From positions 97,039,250-97,103,249 of the forward strand of contig NC_068981.1 of NCBI RefSeq assembly GCF_001194135.2: 64,000 nt of DNA. Direction: 5' to 3'. Source of the stretch: Octopus bimaculoides. Its lineage: Eukaryota. The position numbers were made by a program, and so were the translations under genes. The first letter of the stretch is position 1; each line of letters opens with the position of its first letter. Under the pieces are notes generated by a model that searched no databases, was not told where the DNA came from, and saw only the letters and a list, made by a program, of their open reading frames with translations. Below, piece by piece: positions 40,301 to 52,700 of the stretch.

Positions 40301-43300
40301 TCTAAAACTAAACAGTCGTAGGAATGGCTGTGTGGTAAGTAGCTTGCTTACGAACCACATAGTTCCGGGTTCAGTCCCACTGCGTGGCACCTTGGGCAAG
40401 TGTCTTCTACTATAGCCTTGGGCCGACCAAAGCCTTGTGAGTGGATTTGGTAGACGGAAACTGAAAGAAGCCCGTCATATATATGTATACATATATATAT
40501 ATGTATGTGTGTGTGTTTGTGTGTCTATCTTTGTCCCCCCAACATCGCTTGACAACCGATGCTGGTGTGTTTAGGTCCCCGTAACTTAGCGGTTTGGCAA
40601 AAGAGACTGATAGAATAAGTACTAGGCTTACAAAGAATAAGTCCTGGGGTTGATTTGCTTGACTAAAGGTGGTGCTCCAGCATGGCCACAGTCAAATGAC
40701 TGAAACAAATAAAAAAGTAAGTCACATTATCAAAATCTCAAAGCTACAAGATAATGCATGTGTCTTCTACTCTGGACCCAGGCCAACCAAAACTTTAAGA
40801 GTGGATTTGGTGGACAGAAACTGAAAAAAGTCTGTGTGTGTGCACACACATTACTATCTCCTTGCCTTGACATCATGTGATAGTTGTAAATGAGAGTCGC
40901 TGTCATGCAAGTAGTGTCCTTTGTTTCCAATCTTCCATGAAAACATATCTGGTCATGGGGAAATATTACCTGACTTGGAAATAGGTGAGGGTTGGCAACA
41001 GGAAGAGCATCTAGCTACAGAAAATTTGTCTCAACAAATTCTGTCTGACCCATGTGTGTATGGCAAAGTGGATGTTAAAATGTTGATGTTGCTGACAACT
41101 TGGGTGTGAAAGCCTGTTGTACAGAGTCGTAACACTATTTATGTAGAAAGGTTTGACACAAGACCATATGGTCAATTGTGTATCATGTTTAATATTTGAT
41201 CTGAAAATAAAGAGCTGAGTACAAATATTAGTGGAAAGAGTAAGTGCAGTTATCTGTTTTCATACCCCTGGCTCAAGGTTTGTTATATTGAGATATCTTT
41301 ACAAGTAGAAAACAAACACCATTTCTTTTGGTTTTATTTTTATTTATATATATATATTTATATATTTTTGATTTCAGAACAACTCATGAATTCCTGTTTG
41401 GTGCTTTGGCTGAACTGGTGGACAATTCAAGGTTTTTATATTTTAAGTTTTATTGTTTTTTTTCCTTCAAAAATAAAGGTCATATGTGTATATCTGCTAT
41501 TCTAATACATCTGATGCATCTCAATTTTTTTTTCTATGTTATCTCAGGCAAGGTACCTTGGGCAATTCTCTTCTACTATAGCTCTAGGTTGACAAAAGCC
41601 CTATGTGTGGATTTGGTTGACAGAAATTGAAAAGATCCCATTGTATATGTATGTTCATATGTGTGCGTGTTGTACTGTTTCCCTGCCTTGACATTGCATG
41701 ATGGCTGTAAATGAGTGTCTCCGTCCATCATGCAATGTCCTTTGTTTCCAGTCTTCCATGATTACATGGTTGGTCGTGGGAAAATATTACCTTACTTGGA
41801 AACAGATGAAGATTATTGACAGGATGGGTATCTGGTTGTATAAAATCTGCCTCAACAAATTCCATCCAGTCCATGTGAGCATGGAAAAGTGGCTGTTAAA
41901 ACAATGATGGTGATAAAACGATGATGATGATGTCAATTTGCTAGTTTGTCACTGTGCATTATTTGCCCTAACAACTATCATTAAGTCTCCACCTTCCTTT
42001 TCTTTGTTTTGTTCAGTGGCTTATTTTAATTTTGTTGGACCTTTGTAGTTCTTAATATAACTTTAGTTTTGGTTTTATCTACTGGTAAACTTTTTGTCTG
42101 AAGTCTCTTTTGCTAAGTCTTAAATTTTTCCTTTTTTAATATTTATTCACTAATGTACCTCTAATTAAGTCCTCAAATTGTAAAATTGCTGCAGTTAGTC
42201 ACCTGCATAGCTCTCGTCTTTCTTCCTGTCTTATTTTCTTAGAATAATTTTGTTTCTTTTGATTACTTTCCTACTTTACATTCCCTTAATTTATTTGGTA
42301 TTTTCAGATCACATTATATTTATATCACATCCATTGATAACATTTTTTATCTATGGTAATTTACTGGGTTAGTCATATTTATCTTATTTGAGTAACACTA
42401 TTAGTTCGTAATTAGTTGAACTTTTCATAGACACTCCTTGATTTCTACTTTCCTGGTTATATTCCCGAGAAGATATGTCTACTAAACACTAAACTTCTGT
42501 CTAGTTACTGTGTATGTCTTCTTCCCATTCTCTGTATTGATTCCTACCTCCTTTCTAATTAACACTATGTAGTAAAATATAATGAAAGCAATAAATATTT
42601 AGAGAAACATTTATATAAGTTCAAATATGTCTGGGATATATTTGATCTGTACAAAGGTCATATTCACTGCTACGTTTGCGATGGAGAGCCTTTTCAGTTT
42701 TAGGGAACAAGTGTTGAAAAACACAATAGTCATTTCAAGGTGCTCGCTCTTGGCAGGACTGTGAATACATTTCTTGCTCCTTGGCAATCATCACCAGTGT
42801 GTATTGCAAAAGAATAAAAACCTTGAAATGCATTTGAGAACATTTGTTTTTTTATCAAAACATGATCTGTCCATGTGTGATGCTGGCTCCAGTTAAACAA
42901 AATATTGTAATGGGCATACAGAAGCAATGTTGTGAATAAGCAACCATTTAGATCAGTTCAAATATGTTTGGAACATATTTGACCAGTACAAAAGGCTGTA
43001 TTCACTGCCAGATATTTAACACACAATTACTTGACTTCATGTGATGAAGCTTAATTGTTAACAAGTGAACAGCCTGAGTATTGTGCTTCACTACTCTCTG
43101 ATTGACTCCCACCTCTGAAAGTAGTCCAACCCATGTCAGCATGGAAGGCAGATGTTAAATGATGATGACGATATATATCCTAGTAAACAGAATCCATTTA
43201 TTACAAGTATTAACTGGTCTATATTATTTCTTGCTCCTATTCTATATCAATTCTCACTTTTGTTGATGGTAAGAATTAATATAAAGTCGTGTGATGGTCG

Positions 43301-45106
43301 GGGATATATTATATATAACCAAGTAACAGCTGTTGGGTACTTTTCTACATTTACCAGTCCTTCTTAATACATTATTTTACATTACAAACTTAGGTGAAAA
43401 GATAGTAGTTATTGGCTCAAATCTTGACTCTATGTTGACAAAAATTTACTTGAAATGAATTTCTTGGTGCTAAAATCATCATCATCATTTAACGTCTTTT
43501 TTCTATGCTGGCATGGGTTGGATGGTTTGACTGAAATCTAGTAAACTGGGTAGTTGCACCAGGTCCCAATCTGATTTAGCATGGTTTCTATGGTTCCATA
43601 CCCTTCCTAACACCAACCACTCCAAGAGTGTAGTGGGTAATTTTTCTGTGTCACCGGCATGGGTGCTAGTTACGCAGCACTGGTATCAGCTATGACTATG
43701 ATCTCACTTGGCGTGACAGGTCTTCTCAAGCACAGCATATCGCCAAAGGTCTTGGTCACTTGTCACTGCTTCTGTGAGGCCCAATGTTTGAACAGTGCTT
43801 TTATGTGCCAGTTACGTGACAAATACAGCATATCGCCCAACGTTCAAGGGTGCTATTTGTGTACCAGCTACGCGACACTGGCATCAGCCACAACTGCAAT
43901 TTCACTTGGCTTGATGGACTTCTCAAACACAGCATATCACCAAAGCTCTCAGTCACTTGTCGTTGCCCCTGTGGGGCTCAACGTTTAAAGATCATGCTTT
44001 ACCAACTTGTCCCATGTCTTCCAGGCCTACTCCTTCTACAGGTTCCCTCCATTGTTAGAGTTCGGCACTTCTTCACACAGCTGTTCTCGTCCATATGCAT
44101 CACATGACCATACCAGCACAGTCATCTCTCTTGCATACTACATCTGATGCCTCTTATGCTCAACTTTTCTTTCAAGACGCTTACACTTTGTCATGCATGC
44201 ACACTAACATTACACATCCAGCAAAGCATACTAACTTCATTTCCTTGAAGCCTACGTATGTCCTCAGCATTCACAGCCCATGTTTCACTCCCATGTAGCT
44301 TGACTGTTCGTACACAGGCATCACACAATCTACCTTTCACTCTGAGAGAGAGGCCTCTTGTTACCAACAGAGGTAGGAGCTCTCTGAACTTTGCCCAGCC
44401 TTCTCTTATTCTAGCAGCTATGCTATCAGAGCATCCACCCGCATTACTGACTTAATTACCTGGGTAATGGAAGCTATTAAGTACTTATAGTTTTTCCTCC
44501 TGAAATTTGATGGTGTCTATTTTCTGTACATTTTTAGTGTTAATTGTACCTGTGTACCTTTCACACACAAAAACTATTTTCCCTGTCAACCTTCCTCTGA
44601 TATTGCTGCATCTCTTCTGTGTCCATATGTCCAAGATCCTTCACTCTAAAGTGTACCATGTCTTCCATGTTTTACTTAACAATTAGATCAATTATTATCT
44701 TATGTTGAATACCTTTTCAACTTCCTCTCATATTTTCTCATTAATCAAAATAACACTGAACATTCTTCACCTGGTTATTCATTTTCCTGGATTGAATGGG
44801 TTCCTAAATGGTTGTAGGCTTTACATCACCATCCTAGAAAGAAAAAAAAAAGAATCAAGTACTAAATACCAATAGAGTTAGTTGCATTGTATATCACTAT
44901 GTGCAATTATTTTATTGGTTTGAATCTATGATTAGATTTTAATGTATATTTTGGTTCATTGTACTTTGGTCAAATATCTTCTATAGCTGCAATTTGACCA
45001 AATCCTTGTAAAATTTACTGAGTATAAATGGTGTAGTAGACCATTTGTTTTTGGGTGGAAGACAATCTTTCACCTAGCACTATCACTTGACTCTTTCATG
45101 CCTTTA

Positions 45107-45150
<44 letters not shown>

Positions 45151-48100
45151 CAAAATAAGGCAACACTGATAAATGGAGAAAAGTGCTTGTAAATCAGGGA
45201 ATGTTCTTTCCCATGAAATTCAGTTTGTTTATGAACAGTTGGTTTGCATGTGTTTTTTCTAATATCACTTTTCGAGTGTTGGGCCTCATGGAGGCAATGA
45301 TAAATGACTGAGACCTTTGACAACATGCCGTGCTCGAGTAGAAGACCCATCAAGCCAAGTGAAATTGTAGTTGTGGTAGATACTGGTGTCATGCAACTGG
45401 CACGCAAAAAGCACCCTTACACTCTCGGAGTGGTTGGTGTTAGGAAGAGCATCCAGCTGTAAAAACCATGCCAAATCAGACTGGAGTCTGGTGCAGCTCC
45501 TCAGCTTGGTCAAACTGTCCAACCCATGCCAGCATGAACAACAGACATTAAATGATGATGATTTTTATGCACTACATTGTATAGAGTACTCAAATTGTGT
45601 GTTCAGACTAATGGGTCCATGTCAAACCTTTCTGCTAAGGAGATTTAATATCAATAAATCTTTACTAATAAAATAATTGATTGTTAAAATGCACAGAAAA
45701 GAAAAAAAATAAGACCCATCCAAGCAGATGATTATTGCATCATGCTTCACTAATTGTGCAAACAAAAATTTTAGACTTGCCTTGGTATGATGTCACCTTA
45801 TATGTAACTAACTTGATAATGTAAGCAAAGTCACTGGCACAGGGGATTGGAGAAATTTGCCCCAAAGATTTTTGAGCTGTTCATGTCTAGGAGTTGAAAA
45901 GAAAAAAAATGTTAGCAGAAATGAATAGAGAAATAAAGCAGCCTAGCTTAGGAATGGCAGCTGCCACAATCATTCCTACCTAGCAACAAGTCATATATAC
46001 TAGAAGCTATATTATCCTTCAATTGAGAAAAGGAACAATTGAACTTTCTTATTGATAACCTTGTTATCAATAACAAGTCCCACTTGTTATAAACTGAATT
46101 TTACTATCTTTAAAAGTCTTTTGAACTTAATTCAACTTGTATAGACTTTCTATACTTGTATGAACTATACCAGTGACAACTTTATCTTATATTGTCAATA
46201 TATCACAATCTATCAAGTTGTAGGACAGCAACTTCTTGTTTCACTCCCACAATATTACAGCTACACAATAACACAGTCCAAGTCGTGACATTAATCATGA
46301 CTTACACTTCATGCTTCCATTCAAAATCAGTAACATGTAGATAAGTTAAAAAATGTGCCTACATGTATGTACATTCCATGCATGGGCAAGTGTCTTCTAT
46401 TATAGCCTTGAGCCAACCAAAGCCTTGTGAGTGGATTTGATAGATGGAAACTGAAAGAAGCCTGTCATATATGTATCTACGTGTGTGTATGTGTGTCTTT
46501 GTGTTTCTTTGCTCCCTCCACTTTTTGACAACTAGTGTTGATTTGTTTATGTTCCCATAACCTAGTGGTTGGCAAAAGAGACCAATACAATAAGTACCAG
46601 GCTCAAAAAGAGACTGATGTCGATTTGTTCAACTAAAACCCTTCAAGGTGGTGCCCCAGCATGGCCAATGTCCAGTGACCGAAGCAAGTAAAAGATAAAA
46701 GGCATGTAAATAGGCATGTGTATGTATATTTGTTTGTGTGTGTGTGTGTGTGCATGCATGCGTGTGATTAGTCATTATGTCATGTGAGTTCTTATTTTGA
46801 ACAAAGGATCTCTGTTCATACAAAATGTGTCATTTGTCAGCTGTCCTTGAAAGCATGTCCTGGCTTCTTAATGTGTCCTGACATGTGCTTGCTGATTGTC
46901 AACAAAACATCACTATGAATACAAAGAATGTTGTTTGACTGCTGTTCATTATGAAAGCATATCTAGGCTGTTTGATAGATTTGGGCATTTGTTCACAGGT
47001 GAGGGTTAGTGAGAGGAAGGCATCTGCTTATGGAAAATTCTTTTTCAGTGAAGTCTCATCTGATGCCTACTATTCCATGTAAGTATGGAAAAATGGGCTT
47101 CAAAACGATAATGATGAATTTAAATGGGCTTCAAAATGATAATGATGAATTTAAAAATGAATCTCAGTGATGACAAAAATTATAACAAAATCTTTTTCAT
47201 TAAATTCTCAGTGTATAAACCATGTCAACGAATGATTTCCATAGAAATATGATGGGCTTAAATCTAAGGCAGCAAAAGTTTACTAGCCTCCACTTCTCAT
47301 GTAAATCTTTTGTATTTCTGTGTGGGAGCATGAAAACCTTACTTGTGTTGAATTATTTCCGTTCGATATTTCTTTAAGATTGAAACAGCTGTAAGGAGAA
47401 GTTGTTAAATCTAAAGAAAATGATAAGGTCTCTGCACAACTAAACAAACTGATCTAGAACACGTGCTTTCTAAAATTTGCAGTGTCCTCAAGGTTTGTTA
47501 ATTTTATTAGAGGACAGAACCAGTGGAATTGTTTAGTGGAAAATTTTAACATTTTATGAAAATTCATGTTGAATTTATATTTTTTAAATAAAAATATTGT
47601 TCATTTTAGTTGAGGGATTTTTGTCTTGCAAATTACTTGGTAACCTCACCAGTGCTGGTGCCATGTTAAAAGCACCCAGTACTTTTTGTAAAGTGATTGG
47701 CAATAGGAAGGGTATCTAGCTGTAGAAACAATGCCAAAGCAGACAATAGAGCTTGGCGCAGTCCTCTGGCTTGCAATCATCTACCAAACCATCCAACCCA
47801 TGCAGCATGGAAAATGGATGTATGATGACAATGACGATGATGATCATCATCATCACCACCTTCATTATCAAAAGCAAAACTTGCGTGAAAGAATGTTACT
47901 ATAGAAATGAAGAAAGATGTTGGTTATAAGAGAGAATGTGGCATCCCTTTAAGAAATCACAGTGAAGTAAGGATTGGTTAGCAGCAAGGTTTGATGTTTC
48001 AGTTCCAGCTGTATTGGACCATCTGAAACAAATCGTCAAGGTAATGAAGCTGGACAAGTGAGTACCACATGAATTGAACAAGTATCAAATGACACATCAT

Positions 48101-49711
48101 CTTAAAACTTACTGTTCTTTGCTGTCATGGCAAAAAAGTGAACCATTTGTGCATCGTATTGTTACGTGTGATGAAAAATAGATTCTCTTCAACAATAGGA
48201 AGTGTTCTGCACGGTGGATAGAGATGAAATGCCTAAACACAATCCAAAAAAATATTCCCCCAATAAAGCTAATGGTGTCTGTTTGGTGGTTCAGCTCTGG
48301 TGTCATCCACTACAGCTTCATGGGACCTGTTAAGTCAATTACAGCAGATGATTACATCAACCAATTGCATGAAATGATGAGTGAACTTGCAATTAAACAA
48401 TCGAGATTGGTCAATAGAGACAGGCCAATTCTCTTGTAAGACAATGCTCAATCACATGTTGCACAAAGAATGTTACTCAACTTACAGGAACTGAACTTAG
48501 AAGTACTCTGTCATCCTCCATATTCACCAGACCTTGTACCAACTGACTATCATGTTTTCCAGTCATTAGACAACTTTTTGCAAGGAAAAAAATTCAACTC
48601 TAAAGAAAATGCAAAAACAGTCTTTCATGATTTCATCACCTCTTGCTCTCCAGAATTCTTTGCTGCTGGCATAAATAAGCTACCGATAAAATGGCAAAAT
48701 TGTGTTGATAATTTAGGTGCATACTTTGATTAACTGCATTGCTTTTTGTTGAGATAAAGTAAAATAACTTTCAGTTCAAAATGGGACATTTCATTCTTAA
48801 TGACCTGATAATAATTACATTAAAATTTTTTTAAAGTTAATATCAAAATAGGAAACAGACTGAAAAGCTGTATAGAAGCATCTATCTCTCCCTTTGCTGC
48901 CTTTGCTCTTAATAAGGAGCTTCGACATGAATTCATGCAACGACTGAGCTCAGATGAAGATGATCTAAATAAACACAAAGGAAGTATATCAGAAGAAATG
49001 AAGAAAGACTTTTTTTTAAAACTCTAATGTGAACTTGCAGACATTGTGTGATTGTATGACACTGTTTTAGAGGATATTGAGTCAGATGTTAACTATATTT
49101 ATGTTAAAATATGCTGCAGTATTTTTGCTCTGTCCAGAAGAATAGGTTGCTGGTTGCAGAAGAAAGTAGGGGCTTAAAATAGATTTCTTCTCTATAATTT
49201 TCTTCTCCACCATGCGACAGCCCTTCACAACCGGCAAACCTCAAGTAAAAGATTGCATGTGTATATGCGTGCATGCATGCTTACAATTTTTTTTTTTCAC
49301 TCTATTGAATTTGTTTTCTTTTTTCAGAGATGCCTCTGCCACAAAAATGAACATCTATACATGTAAGTAACTTTATTTCTTTTTAACAATACTGATTTAA
49401 CAAAATCCATGGATTTAAATATTCAGTTAATTCAAGTTGGTAATTTGGTAGAATCAGTAGAGTGCTAAACATTAAAAATATTTTGCATTATTTTGTTGCA
49501 CTTTTCTACATTCTAAGTCCAAATACTCCAATTTGTCAATGATTTCTAAGGTTTGATAAGATGAGTACCAATTTTATACTGAAGTTAATTCNNNNNNNNN
49601 NNNNNNNNNNNNNNNNNNNNNNNNNNNNNNNNNNNNNNNNNNNNNNNNNNNNNNNNNNNNNNNNNNNNNNNNNNNNNNNNNNNNNNNNNNNNNNNNNNNN
49701 NNNNNNNNNNN

Positions 49712-49772
<61 letters not shown>

Positions 49773-52700
49773 CATATATTGATTTCAAATTTTGGCTCAA
49801 GGTCAGCAATTTTGGTGTAGGAGGTAAGTCAGCCCAAATGAAAGGCAAAGATGACCTCAGCGGAATTTGAACTGAGAATGTAAAGACAGACACAATGTCA
49901 CTAAACATTTTGCCTGGCATGCTACTGATTCTGCCAGTTCCACCTTATATATTGAGAGAGAGAAAGAGAGAGGCAGGCAGGCAGGCATAACTTCAATCTG
50001 GTTCCCTGCCATGTATTTTGATTCTTATAACTTTCTGAAAAATGTACATTTTTTTTCTAATTAAATTTTGTAGAGATAGGTTTTTGATGAAGCAAATTGT
50101 GGTTATGCTGATAAAATTTAGAAAACCAATAAATCTATATTACAAATATACAAATGAGAGATTTGTTTTATCTAATTTTTTTTAACGTAATAATTATTTT
50201 TTCTTTTGAAAATTAGTACTTGTTTCCTTGTTTTTTGTATCAGCACCAAGGAATCTGATAAAAGTTAAATTATAATTATTGTATATATATATGCTGTATC
50301 TCCTGATATTACCCATGGTAATGAAAAAAAAAAGTAGTTCCATAGTTATCTATATATATAAAATCTGTCATATGACAAGTAACACTCTAGTTTTTTTTTT
50401 ATAAAAATGAAACCCTTGTGTACTTGTGAAATAATTTATGTATTAGAATTTTATGCTCTGTCAGATGAAATATAAAAATATTTTTGTAGCAATCTATTAA
50501 GCAGTTGTATACCCTTGATCTTGCAAGCGCTTTCAAGTAAACATTAAACCTAGTGTAATGAAACTAGTTATGCTGTTATTTTGTTAAAAAAAAATAAAAA
50601 AGGAGAGAAATAAATTTGTAAAGAGAAGCGTATGCTAATATTTCGGGTAGATCCCATTGTTGGAAAAATGAAAGTGTTCTTTTTAGTTGCTAAATGCATG
50701 AAATTTATATCTTTGTCATCTGCATTTACTTAAAATCTTTTGTTCATTTTCAGTGGAAGATGAAAGTCTTCGAGGTGGCTTTATGATGTGTTTTCTTGAT
50801 GATGGCGAAGGCATGGATCCAAGTAAGAATGCAAATTTAACTATTATAATGCTAAGGTATTAAATACAGAACTCACTTTTTAAAAGTAATTTTTCATTAA
50901 GTGATTTTTGTGCAAGTGAGGATCAAGCTACTATCCCACTTTAGTCAACATTCCAGTAAGAATTGGAACTCATTAAAGCAAGCCAAAATCAAATTATGTG
51001 ATGCACTTCTTAACACTGACAATCTGGACGCTGATGGAGTGAACTTTGGCTAATAATTCAGGACTGGTGGTAGGATACTGTCTGTTAGCCCTTTTTTTAA
51101 TTGTCAGACATCTTACCAACTTAACCAACTGCAGCTTTCCAGAGACATAAATCTCAGTTAATCAATTTGACACCAGCTTGTCCCAAATGCTCTCTATTAA
51201 CCTTTTAGCATTCAAATTTCTTTGTCAAATGTATTGCTTGTATATTTACATTGTTTTGAATTCATCATCCATTATTTTGTAGCTTCAGGATATCAGTGCT
51301 GTGTTTGTAAAGTTTTAGAATGACATTGTAGTGTAGGTACAGGAAGTTGGATATGGTCAGTTTTAACATAAAACAGGTAGAATATTCAGATGGATATGGC
51401 CGGATTAAATGCTAAAGACTTAAAGTGTTAAGATAAACAAACATCTTTTATCAAGTTGGAGCATAGGTATTTCACTAAACTTCTCAAAAGCTTTTATTTT
51501 TTTGAAAATTAAAACATAAATCAGAATATTTTTATTAGAAATATGTTTACAAAACAGATCAAGAAATAAATTATTGTAGCCTATATGTTGTATTTTTATT
51601 AATTTGATACAAGTTGTCTATATTTGCTCCATACAAGTTAATTTTGCTTACCAAAATAAAATGTCATAATCTTTACATTTTGCTTTCATTGATCTATATT
51701 GATGCTTATTCTTCTCCGCAGATGAAACTGCTGATATTATAACATTTGGCAAATCTTCCAAGAAGTCAGCAGATTCCCAACAGATTGGAATGTATGGCAA
51801 TGGCTTGAAATCGTATGTATTTACACTGTTATAATGATTTTTTTAATGTGGTTTACAAAAAACTTGTATAGAATAGGATGAAGTATAGTATAAGATGAAT
51901 ATGTAACAGAAAGACTTAGCATTAGCCATTGTGTATGTAGAGAGCAATGTAGGAATTGTGCTGTTTTGTTATTGTTGTTGCTCCTTCAGTTCCTGTGTTT
52001 AGTGGTGCCAGTAGAACCAAACTGTAACATCCCTGTTACAAGCAGGAGTATTTATTTATGTAAGAATCATCTCCAATATCTCTGACAAGATTTCCTATTC
52101 AGGAAGTTGAATTGCTGGTGTAGCTATTTCATATTAACTAGAAACTATGAGTATAAAACTAGAACATAAGATTAAAGTGCTGGACTCAAACATTTCTAAG
52201 TAATAGGTTCTAACCATGCATATATTATCTTTATTCGGAAAATCATAAATACTTTTTATACACGAATGAATTAGGATATCCAGCTGCTAACGATGTCTGT
52301 TTTAAAAATGCATACATTTGTGTGCATTCTTTTTATAGACTATGGAAAGTAGCTGAATTTAAATAGGAATGTGGATGCATGTTTGTTCTTAAACTGATGT
52401 ATCCACACTTACAGAAGTTCCGTCATCAGTAGCTGTTGGATTTAGAAGTTCTTTCAAAATTTTCTATAACCTTTATACTGAGTCCTTTATTAATAAGATG
52501 AAGTAAAATTTTATAATAGGGGATAGAAACAGCTAGATTATACTAATGTACTTATTATTTAGTTTTAACTTTTTGATCGATGGAAAATTGAGAGTGGATT
52601 TCAGAAGGATGCAGTTCTGATGGAAAAACTTTAGGTAAAATGCTTTGTGCTGGGTCCAGTGTATTAGACATAGGTAGATAAAAGGTAGACACAGGTAGAT

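Noticed and set aside
47400-47990. Left TIR and N-terminus of the mariner element
   Set aside because: No match to the reverse complement of the right end was seen; an RTE tail occupies the region, so the element is 5'-truncated and not autonomous.
49536-49920. ORFs with CVCV/THTH runs
   Set aside because: Translations of the (CA)n microsatellite and the 120-N gap.
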